Part shown: positions 17,623 to 25,190 of the stretch, piece by piece
Layout: every line of letters starts with the position of its first letter
Numbering within the stretch: position 1 is the first letter of the stretch
NCBI RefSeq assembly: GCF_042660085.1
Contig: NZ_JBHSTI010000002.1
Coordinates: 390,001-422,000, forward strand
DNA from: Longivirga aurantiaca
Lineage (GTDB): Bacteria; Actinomycetota; Actinomycetes; S36-B12; CAIYMF01
Direction of reading: 5' to 3'
DNA length: 32,000 nucleotides
The notes under the pieces: generated by a model
Told to the model about the DNA's origin: nothing
The model's input: only the letters and a program-made list of their open reading frames with translations
Database searches by the model: none
Translations under genes and position numbers: made by a program

Positions 17623-18000
17623 TCAGGGGGCGTCGCCCAGCACCTTGCGGTAGGTGTCCTTGACCGCGATGCGGTCTCCTTCGAACTCGAACACGTCGAC
17701 GGCTCTCGTGATGACGGGACGGCCGTCCGGGGCCGAGTCGCGCGCGGTCCACCGGACGACGCCGAAGCTGTCGCCGGTGGTGATCTCCAGCTGCTCGGTG
17801 GTGCCTGCCGGAGGGTTCGCGGGGTCGAGCAGTCTGGCGTAGGCCCCGCGCACGGCCGCAGCGCCGGTGAACGTCGTCCCGGGCTCGGGGCCGATCGAGG
17901 AGCGGAAGACGCAGGTCTCGGTCATGAGCTCCATGAGCGCGTCCACGTCGCGCCTGGCCCAGGCGTCGATGAACTGCTCGAGGACCCTGTGCTCGTCCAC
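17623..18000 (-). CDS. SnoaL-like / NTF2-fold protein
   Basis: 125 aa; VLEQFIDAWARRDVDALMELMTETCVFRSS ... FEFEGDRIAVKDTYRK, a typical SnoaL-like pattern. Confidence 0.75.
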   Translation of the reverse strand: MDEHRVLEQFIDAWARRDVDALMELMTETCVFRSSIGPEPGTTFTGAAAVRGAYARLLDPANPPAGTTEQLEITTGDSFGVVRWTARDSAPDGRPVITRAVDVFEFEGDRIAVKDTYRKVLGDAP

Positions 18001-18013
18001 CGTACCTCCGAGA

Positions 18014-18103
18014 GTAATCGTTTCGTGCTTTCCTGCCCGACTAGGCCGCTACGGCTTGAAAGACAGCGTGAATCGACTCTAGCATAGAGGTCGAAACGAT
18101 TAC
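18014..18103. promoter_or_regulatory. Pair of inverted identical 12-mers (GTAATCGTTTCG / CGAAACGATTAC) in a divergent promoter region
   Basis: 18014-18025 and 18092-18103 are exact reverse complements, start-to-start offset 78 bp. Plus-strand TTGAAA 18056-18061 and TAGCAT 18080-18085 lie between them. Confidence 0.6.
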
Positions 18104-18188
18104 GGTATTCGTATCCGGCCCTCGGTCCCGTCGCGACGACGGGGCGCGGGCAGGCGGCGACCGTCCACGAGACCTCGAGGAGCACCGC

Positions 18189-19190
18189 ATGACGATCCGC
18201 ATCGGGTACAAGGCCTCTGCCGAGCAGTTCGACCCGAGGGAGCTGCTCCAGGTCTCCGTGGTGGCGGAGGAGTCGGGCTTCGACGTGGTGGGGGTGTCGG
18301 ACCACTTCCAGCCGTGGCGGCACAACGGCGGTCACTCGCCGGCGGTGATCCCGTGGCTCGGCGCGATGACCCAGGCGACGAGTCGCGTCGCCCTCGGCAC
18401 GAGCGTGATGACGCCGATGCTCCGGTACCACCCCTCGATCGTCGCCCAGTCGTTCGCGACGTTGAACTCGCTCGCACCGGGTCGCATCTTCCTCGGGATC
18501 GGGACGGGCGAGGCGATGAACGAGGTGCCGGCGACGGGTGCGGAGTTCCCGGCGCCCAAGGAGAGGCGGCTGCGCATGGCCGAGGCGGTCGAGCTCATGC
18601 GGCGGTTGTGGTCGGAGGAGCGGGTGGACTTCGAAGGCGAGTACTACCGCACGGAGAAGGCCACGGTGTACGACCGGCCGGAGACGCCGATCCCGGTGTT
18701 CTTCGCGGCATCCGGACCGCTGGCAGCCAAGCTCGCCGGTCGGACGGGTGACGGCTTCATCTGCACGAGCGGCAAGGCCCCCGAGCTGTACGAGACGTTG
18801 CTGGAGAACGTCGCTGCCGGTGCGACCGAGGCTGGGCGCGACGTCAGCGACATCCGGCGGATGATCGAGGTCAAGGTCTCGTACGACCATGATCTGGACT
18901 ACGCATACGAAGCGTGCGGGTTCTGGGCTGCGCTCTCGCTCTCGAGCGAGCAGAAGACGGGCATCGAGGATCCGCTGGAGATGGAGCGGGTCGCGGACGC
19001 CAACATCGCCAACGCGCACACCCGCTTCATCGTGTCGAACGATCCCGAAGAGGTGGCGGCTCGCATCAAGCCGTACCTCGACCTGGGGTTCCAGGACCTC
19101 GTCATCCATGCGCCGGGGCACGACCAGCGTCGGTTCCTGAAGCAGTTCAGCGCCGACGTGCTGCCTCTGCTGCGGGGTGCGGGGAGTTGA
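18189..19190 (+). CDS. LLM-class F420-dependent oxidoreductase, FGD (glucose-6-phosphate dehydrogenase)-like
   Basis: 333 aa; GYKASAEQFDPRELL, VSDHFQPWRHNGGHSPAVIPW, GTSVMTPMLRYHPSIVAQSFATL, GIGTGEAMNE, DGFICTSGK, HAPGHDQRRFL closely resemble mycobacterial FGD1. Confidence 0.88.
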   Translation: MTIRIGYKASAEQFDPRELLQVSVVAEESGFDVVGVSDHFQPWRHNGGHSPAVIPWLGAMTQATSRVALGTSVMTPMLRYHPSIVAQSFATLNSLAPGRIFLGIGTGEAMNEVPATGAEFPAPKERRLRMAEAVELMRRLWSEERVDFEGEYYRTEKATVYDRPETPIPVFFAASGPLAAKLAGRTGDGFICTSGKAPELYETLLENVAAGATEAGRDVSDIRRMIEVKVSYDHDLDYAYEACGFWAALSLSSEQKTGIEDPLEMERVADANIANAHTRFIVSNDPEEVAARIKPYLDLGFQDLVIHAPGHDQRRFLKQFSADVLPLLRGAGS

Positions 19191-20674
19191 CTCCGACGCC
19201 GCCTGCGGATGGCGTCCTCGGCCGGGAGCCGGTCGACGTCCTCCGTGCCTGGCGCCTCGGTCGCGGCTGGGCTCCGCACGACGCCGCTCGCAGTCTCGGC
19301 GCGAGCACCGCGGAGTACCTCGCGTGGGAGTCGGGGACGGAGGAGATCCCCGATGCCGCGCGGCTCCTGCTGGGCCGTCGCCTCGGCGTACCGGCGTCCG
19401 CCGCACTGCCGACCGCCGCGCGCCGGTGGCGCGTCGATGCCGCGGCAGAGGACGGATGCGCCAGCCTGGCGTCGTTGCTCGCCTCATGGCGCGCGAACGA
19501 GGGGCTCACCCAGAGTGCCGCAGCGGGTCTGCTGGGGGTGTCCTCCGGCGCGGTGGGCCGCTGGGAGCGTGGGACGGTTCCCTCCCCCCAGGTCCTGGCC
19601 CGGCTGGCGGCGCTGTGGTCGGTGGACCGGGCGGTGCTGCGCGCAGCTGCCGGCCCCGATCCGATTCGCCGTGCGTCCAGCACCGAGAGCAGCGACGCCA
19701 CCCCGCTGGTGCTGGCCCGCCTCGACCGGGGCATCAGCCAGGCAGAGCTGGCGCGACGGCTCTCGATCGGCCAGGCGACGCTGTCCCGATGGGAGAGCGG
19801 CGAACGCACACCGCATCGTCTTGACGTGCTGCGGATCGCGCAGGCGCTCGGCATGCCTCCGCAGACGGCGGTCTCACTGTTCGAGGCCTACCGCCCGCAC
19901 CGCCGGCAGTTCGCCGGCAGGCTGCCGGGCTTGGCGCTGCTCCTGGCCGCTCGTGGTGTCGACGAGCAGGCTGCGGCCTGCGTTCTGGGAGTGAGCGATG
20001 CGGCCTTGCGGGACTGGGTGCGGGGTGCTCGTCCAGTCCCGGTGGTTGTCATCGACGGCCTGAGCGCTCTCGTCGGCCAGGACCTGTGGCCGAATCTCCC
20101 GGAGCTGCGCCGACCGCTTCGCACCGCCCCGGCACCGCCTGTCTCGGCGCTGGCGGCGAGGCGGCAGCAGCTCGGGATCACCCAACGTCAGCTGGGCCGT
20201 CACCTGGGAGCCAGCCAGACCACCATCTCCGCGTGGGAGGCGGGGGCACGTCCGGGCAGGTCCTGGCATGCACCCCTCGCGCGGGCCCTGCGATGGGACG
20301 TCGAGAGCCTCTGCTCGGCTCTGGGTGTCAAGGAGCCGACGCGGCCCGACGTGACGAGGTGCGGGCCCGGGGATCTCCCCGCGGTCCTACGGGATCTGCG
20401 CGAGTCGTCAGGCCTGTCGCGCGCCCAGCTCGGCCGATGCGTCGGGGTCGATCCGCGCACCGTCGGCAAGTGGGAGTCCGGCGCTGGCCGACCCTCGGCC
20501 CGGAGCCTGCTCCGGCTGGCTGCGCTGTTCGGAGTGCCGAGCCAGCACCTGGCACGGCTGCGCGGGGGTGGCGGCGAGGCCTGGCGCGCAGACGCCGATC
20601 GCCGGACGGCGGTGCGTGCCCGCCCAGACTCGGTGGGCGCGCGGATCACGGCGCTCGCGGCTCGGGCCGGCTAG
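19187..20674 (+). CDS. Regulator with six tandem XRE/Cro-C1-like HTH repeats
   Basis: 495 aa from TTG 19187 (TTGA overlap with the previous stop). Six units with signatures LAWESG, GRWERG, SRWESG, RDWVRG, SAWEAG, GKWESG at about 73-79 aa spacing. Confidence 0.8.
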   Translation: MTPTPPADGVLGREPVDVLRAWRLGRGWAPHDAARSLGASTAEYLAWESGTEEIPDAARLLLGRRLGVPASAALPTAARRWRVDAAAEDGCASLASLLASWRANEGLTQSAAAGLLGVSSGAVGRWERGTVPSPQVLARLAALWSVDRAVLRAAAGPDPIRRASSTESSDATPLVLARLDRGISQAELARRLSIGQATLSRWESGERTPHRLDVLRIAQALGMPPQTAVSLFEAYRPHRRQFAGRLPGLALLLAARGVDEQAAACVLGVSDAALRDWVRGARPVPVVVIDGLSALVGQDLWPNLPELRRPLRTAPAPPVSALAARRQQLGITQRQLGRHLGASQTTISAWEAGARPGRSWHAPLARALRWDVESLCSALGVKEPTRPDVTRCGPGDLPAVLRDLRESSGLSRAQLGRCVGVDPRTVGKWESGAGRPSARSLLRLAALFGVPSQHLARLRGGGGEAWRADADRRTAVRARPDSVGARITALAARAG

Positions 20675-20804
20675 GACGTCGGCTTCGCGGTCGCGGGCCC
20701 CGGCGTCGCGGAGCGCGTGCGGCCCTCCCGCCGACCTGCTGGTTCATGAGGGTGCGCTGGAACGCCCGCACGTTCTAGTCCCGCGTGTGGTTTCTCGCAA
20801 GCTT

Positions 20805-20820
20805 GTTACGTTTCTACTAT
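20805..20820. promoter_or_regulatory. Putative operator GTTACGTTTCTACTAT (reverse complement ATAGTAGAAACGTAAC) upstream of the Amt-like gene
   Basis: Matches the shared TAGAAACG core found upstream of other cluster units. Confidence 0.4.
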
Positions 20821-20869
20821 CAGTACGACAGCATTTCCTCTTGAAAATGCTGAAGGTATTGACGTACTG
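20821..20869. repeat. Nested inverted repeat upstream of the Amt-like gene
   Basis: Outer arms CAGTACG (20821-20827) / CGTACTG (20863-20869); inner arms CAGCATTT (20829-20836) / AAATGCTG (20845-20852). Confidence 0.6.
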
Positions 20870-20968
20870 GACCTGTTCATCATAATCGGTTCCACTCGCT
20901 GCACCGCACATCGGAAGGCAGCGCTCGGCGTCCGGACGAAGATCCGGGCCAGACCGCGAGGAGCCCCT

Positions 20969-22369
20969 ATGGAAGCCCCGTTCTTCCCGGACCAGGTGAC
21001 TGATCACCTGTTCCTGCTCGACTTCTTCTACGGAGTCGCCACCGTGTGCCTGATCCTCATCGTGGGAGCGGTGGGCCTGATCGACGGGGGGCTGGTCCGC
21101 CGCAAGAACACCCTCGACAACTGGGTGCAGAAGATCGTCGTGGCCCTAATCGGCGCCGGGTGCATGTGGCTCATCGGCTATGCGATCTGGCAGGTGCAGT
21201 TCTACGAAGCGTTCGGGGTCCCGAACCCGATCTCCTCGGCCATCAAGGACTGGTGGGCGCTCGGGACGAACGCCCAGACGTTCTCCCAGCAGCTCGACCC
21301 CGCCGTGGCGCCTGAGGCCGACGTCTTCCAGATCTTCATGGCCTTCTTCATGGCCTATGCCGCAGTCGGGGCCGTGCTGATCCACTCCGCGGGCCTCGAG
21401 CGCGTCAAGGCTGCGCCGATGTACGTGATGGGGGCCATCGCCGGCGGTCTGGTGATCCCCATCGCGCTCTACTTCACGTGGGGGTCGCTGAGCCCGTTGA
21501 CGAACAACGGACTCCACGACTACATCGGGGTCTACTCCCTGTACATCGTCGTCGGGGTGTGGGCGCTGATCCTGGCCTGGCGGGCCGGTCCCCGGCTCGG
21601 AGCCTTCGCACCTCACGACAGGACGATGGGTCCGATCCCGCACAACTTCGGGTTCTCCGGGCTCGGCATCGCGCTGCTCATGTTCGCTGCGCCGTTCGCC
21701 TTCCTCGGCTGCGGCTACTGGATCGGTGATCTTGGCTACTTCGGCATCTCGATGACCACCAGCGGGTTCGGCATCGCCATGCTCAACGTCTTCGTGAGCT
21801 ACATCGGCGGCGGGCTCGCGGGTGCGCTGATCGCGTACCGCACCAAGAACCCGCTCTTCGCGCTGATCGGTGTGGCCGCCGGCTACATCAGCGCCGGCGC
21901 GTGCCTCGACATCGCCAAGCCGTGGCAGACCTTCGTGGTGTCGTTCGTCGGGACGTTCGTCGTCTTCGGCACCTACAAGCTGCTCCACCGGTTGCGCATC
22001 GACGACAAGAAGATCGTGCCGCTGGCCCTCGGGGGCGGCATCTTCGGCGCGCTCGCCGCGGGCGTGGTCGGGGCCGGCATGAAGACTGGCGGATTCTTCG
22101 GGCTCGAGGGCGAGTACGTCTTTCAGGGCGCGACGATCAGCCTCGGGATGCAGGCGCTGGGCGTCGTCCTCACGGTGGCGTTCGCCGCCGTTACGGGCCT
22201 CATCGTGATCGTCGGCCTCGAGAAGACGATCGGCCTCCGGGTGGAGGAGCACGAGGAGCTCAAGGGTCTCGACGACCACTACTGGGAGACTCCTACGTCG
22301 CCGTACCACGACGAGCCGGTCGAGGTCGTCGACGCACGGGGATCGCGGCCCACCGCCGAGACCGACTAG
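20969..22369 (+). CDS. Ammonium transporter (Amt/Rh)-fold membrane protein, divergent
   Basis: 466 aa, multiple TM helices; GLVRRKNTLDNWVQK, FQIFMAFFMAYAAVGA, SGFGIAMLNVFVSY, KNPLFALIGVAAGYISAGA, RIDDKKIVPLALGGGIFGALAAGVVG. Confidence 0.78.
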   Translation: MEAPFFPDQVTDHLFLLDFFYGVATVCLILIVGAVGLIDGGLVRRKNTLDNWVQKIVVALIGAGCMWLIGYAIWQVQFYEAFGVPNPISSAIKDWWALGTNAQTFSQQLDPAVAPEADVFQIFMAFFMAYAAVGAVLIHSAGLERVKAAPMYVMGAIAGGLVIPIALYFTWGSLSPLTNNGLHDYIGVYSLYIVVGVWALILAWRAGPRLGAFAPHDRTMGPIPHNFGFSGLGIALLMFAAPFAFLGCGYWIGDLGYFGISMTTSGFGIAMLNVFVSYIGGGLAGALIAYRTKNPLFALIGVAAGYISAGACLDIAKPWQTFVVSFVGTFVVFGTYKLLHRLRIDDKKIVPLALGGGIFGALAAGVVGAGMKTGGFFGLEGEYVFQGATISLGMQALGVVLTVAFAAVTGLIVIVGLEKTIGLRVEEHEELKGLDDHYWETPTSPYHDEPVEVVDARGSRPTAETD

Positions 22370-22405
22370 CTCGGACGGCGTCGCGGCAAGAAACGCCGCA
22401 CCAAG

Positions 22406-22442
22406 GGAGGGCGGCCGGTCGTGGACCGGCGGCCCTCCTTTG
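22406..22442 (+). terminator. Intrinsic terminator-like hairpin after the Amt-like gene
   Basis: GGAGGGCGGCCGGTC - GTG - GACCGGCGGCCCTCC (15 bp with one mismatch) followed by TTTGT. Confidence 0.75.
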
Positions 22443-22645
22443 TCGTCAGGCCCCTGCTCGCAGCCGCGTCCGACCCGGCCGATCCGCGTCGAGCGGAACA
22501 CCGCGGTGGAGGCGTATCGCTGCTCTCCCCAGCAAGGCGGCGTACGGGAGCGAGTGGGTGCTACTCAGGCCCTTGTGCGCCGGCTGCGATGAAGTCGTCC
22601 CAGGCACGCGGCGACCGCCACGTCACGGACGGAGGAAGTGCAGTC

Positions 22646-23041
22646 ATGGGTCTGTTCCAGCAGATGAAGGATCTCAAGGGATTCGTCGCCGCAGCGCCGG
22701 AGATGATCGCGGAGGCGCAGCCGCTGCAGGCCGCTGCCCAGCGGTACGGCGCCGTCACGGCCGGTAGCGCACCGGTGATGGGGATGCCGACCGCCGCGGC
22801 GATCGACCCCGCCGACCTCCGCCTGGTGCCGATCGAGGGCGTCAGCATTGATATGTACGCGCGGATCGCGAAGGTGGCCGCGGCCGGCGTCGACCGTGCC
22901 TCCCTCGTCGGGTACGCCGCCGGCCTCGGCATCCGCGAGCAGGCGTGGGACTCGGCGTCGTTCCAGTGGAACGAGCGCATGCGCGGCGACATGCCGCTCG
23001 CCGTGCACTTCGGCAACCTCTACCGGTCGGTGTCGGTCTGA
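22646..23041 (+). CDS. Hypothetical protein
   Basis: 131 aa from ATG 22646 with GGAGGAAG RBS; MGLFQQMKDLKGFVAAAPEMIAEAQPLQ... Confidence 0.65.
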   Translation: MGLFQQMKDLKGFVAAAPEMIAEAQPLQAAAQRYGAVTAGSAPVMGMPTAAAIDPADLRLVPIEGVSIDMYARIAKVAAAGVDRASLVGYAAGLGIREQAWDSASFQWNERMRGDMPLAVHFGNLYRSVSV

Positions 23042-23439
23042 TGGGCTTCCTCAACGACCTGCTCACCCTCAACCGGCAGGCGAACGAGATCCGCGCCCAG
23101 CACGACCCTGTGGCGAAGGCGCAGGCGCAGTCTGGGCGCGGGTCGATGCGGGCCGCGCGCGTCGCGATGCAGTCCGCCACAGCCGTTGCGACCGACGCGT
23201 CGGCGAGGTCCGGGTGCGCGACGGTGCTCCGCGTCGTCGACACCTGCCTGCGCGTCGGGCGCCACCCGGTCGCGGAGATCGACCTGCTCGTCGACGTCGA
23301 CGGGCGCCTGCCGTTCCCGGCACGGGTCCGCACGGGCGTCCCCCTCGGCGGCGCCGGCCAGGCAGAGCTGGGCGCGCTGGTCGCCGTACGCGTCGTGGGC
23401 GAGTCGGTGGCCGTGCTCTGGGGCGTGCCCGCCCGCTGA
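23041..23439 (+). CDS. Hypothetical protein
   Basis: 132 aa, ATG overlaps the preceding stop (TGATG). Confidence 0.65.
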   Translation: MGFLNDLLTLNRQANEIRAQHDPVAKAQAQSGRGSMRAARVAMQSATAVATDASARSGCATVLRVVDTCLRVGRHPVAEIDLLVDVDGRLPFPARVRTGVPLGGAGQAELGALVAVRVVGESVAVLWGVPAR

Positions 23440-23449
23440 GCCCGGAGCG

Positions 23450-23836
23450 TCAGGCGGACTTGGCCTCGACGTAGGCGCGCAGCGCGGGGGAGAGGGACGA
23501 GCCGTCGAGGCCGAGACCGGCCTGGCGCGGCTGACGGTTGAGGGTGCGCTTCACCTCGTCCTGGTGCTCGGACGGAACCTGCCCGCCTGGGTTGGCGACG
23601 AGCGCGTCGGCGCATGCTGCGGACAGCTCGCTCCACCACTGATCGAACGGGTGGCCGTGCAGGGCGATGAACGCGGCGAGGTCGTCGTCGGACCAGTGGT
23701 CGACGAGGTAGGTCTTGTTCCGCAGGCGGCGTACGTCGTCCCAGTCGTCGATGACCACAGGTGCGCGGCGCTCGTCGACGGTGGCGAGGAATCGCCCGTC
23801 GGCGTCGCGCGCGATCTCGAGCATGCGTTCGGACAT
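23450..23836 (-). CDS. Hypothetical protein
   Basis: 128 aa from MSERMLEIARDADGRFLATVDERRAPVVIDDWDDVRRLRNKTYLVDHWSDDD. No family recognised confidently. Confidence 0.6.
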   Translation of the reverse strand: MSERMLEIARDADGRFLATVDERRAPVVIDDWDDVRRLRNKTYLVDHWSDDDLAAFIALHGHPFDQWWSELSAACADALVANPGGQVPSEHQDEVKRTLNRQPRQAGLGLDGSSLSPALRAYVEAKSA

Positions 23837-24093
23837 GCCCTCGACTGTACGCGCCGCCCGGCTGCGCAGGAGCCGGCGAACGACCCGGCCACGCGCGGAC
23901 GAGGGCCGGCGCCGGTGACGCAGGGTGCCGAGCCATGAGCCTTCGGCGACGCCGCTCGCCCGCGGCCCTTCCTCGAGGTAGTTCGGTCGGACACGCCGGT
24001 GCGGACCGGTCGGACGATCGGCAGGGGCCCGTGCGACGTGCCATGGTGGAATCCGGGGTCGGCGCACGGGGTGGGGCGGAGGTGGGTTCCGTG

Positions 24094-25092
24094 ATGGTGG
24101 AGCGCGGCCTGCTGCTGCGTCGCCCGGGCGCGGTGCTCGGTGCCGTGCTGATGCTCATCGCGGTCGACTCGCTCATCTGGTCGATCGCGGGTCCCCCTGG
24201 CGCGCCGGTCGTCTTCGACCGCGTGGTCGCCGGAGTCCTGGCAGCGTTGGGCGTCGTGTGCCTGGCCTTCCCGCCGGGCGGACGGCGCGCGGTGCTCGAG
24301 ACGTCGACGGCTGTCGCCGCGGCGCTGCTCACGGTCGCGATGGCCACGCGTGCCACGCCCGAGGGCGTGGTCGCCGTCGGGGTCGTGCTGCTGATGCTCC
24401 TCGCTGTCGCCGCGACGTTCGTGCCCACGCGCAGGCTCGCCGTGGGGATCGTCGCGGGCCTCGCCGGTCTCGTGCTCGGCGTCGCCCTGAACGACGTCAC
24501 CGTGGGCGCGCTCTACGTGTGGGTCATGGGGACGGCCATCGTGGTGGTGCCGCTCGTCGTGTCTGCCCTGATGGCCGAGCTGCGTGCTCTCGTCGACGTC
24601 GCGGCCGAGGCCGCTGTGCACGACCCGCTGACCGGCGCGCTCAACCGCCGCGGCCTGGTCGCCGAGGCCGACGCGGTCCACTCCGTCACCGTCCGGGTGG
24701 GGACCCCGACCGCCGTCGTGGCGATCGACCTCGACGGGTTCAAGGCGGTCAACGACTCGCGCGGCCACGCGGCCGGCGACGAGCTGCTCGTGGCTCTCGT
24801 CGATGCGTGGACGGCGCAGCTGCGGGCCGGCGACGTCTTCGGCCGGTCAGGTGGCGACGAGTTCCTGGTCGTGCTGCCCAACACCGATGCGCGCGCTGCG
24901 GAGTCGGCTGTCGAGCGCCTGCGCGAGGCGCACCCGTTCCCCTGGTCGTCCGGAATCGTCGACTGGGACCCCGACGAGGACCTCGACGCCGCGATGGCGC
25001 GCGCCGACGTGCTGCTCTACGACGAGAAGGCACGCCGGGCGTCGACCATCGACCTGCGGGGCGCAACGGAGCGGACGTCTCAGGGCGAGTGA
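24094..25092 (+). CDS. Membrane-anchored GGDEF-domain (diguanylate cyclase) protein
   Basis: 332 aa; N-terminal TM segments, HDPLTGALNRRGL, AIDLDGFKAVNDSRGHAAGDELL, FGRSGGDEFLVVLPNT. Confidence 0.92.
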   Translation: MVERGLLLRRPGAVLGAVLMLIAVDSLIWSIAGPPGAPVVFDRVVAGVLAALGVVCLAFPPGGRRAVLETSTAVAAALLTVAMATRATPEGVVAVGVVLLMLLAVAATFVPTRRLAVGIVAGLAGLVLGVALNDVTVGALYVWVMGTAIVVVPLVVSALMAELRALVDVAAEAAVHDPLTGALNRRGLVAEADAVHSVTVRVGTPTAVVAIDLDGFKAVNDSRGHAAGDELLVALVDAWTAQLRAGDVFGRSGGDEFLVVLPNTDARAAESAVERLREAHPFPWSSGIVDWDPDEDLDAAMARADVLLYDEKARRASTIDLRGATERTSQGE

Positions 25093-25116
25093 CCCGCACA
25101 GGGACCCGTCTCACCC

Positions 25117-25158
25117 ACCGAAGTGCCAGAAACCACAAGGGTTTTCTGGCACTTCGGT
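25117..25158. terminator. Perfect 16-bp inverted repeat between convergent genes, candidate bidirectional terminator
   Basis: ACCGAAGTGCCAGAAA (25117-25132) and TTTCTGGCACTTCGGT (25143-25158). Confidence 0.7.
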
Positions 25159-25190
25159 ATGTGAGGCGACCTCGGTCAGGCGCGTGTCGG

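Noticed and set aside
22386-22396. GAAACG match (AAGAAACGCCG) after the Amt-like gene
   Set aside because: It lies at a gene end just before the terminator hairpin, lacks the second half-site and has no promoter nearby.
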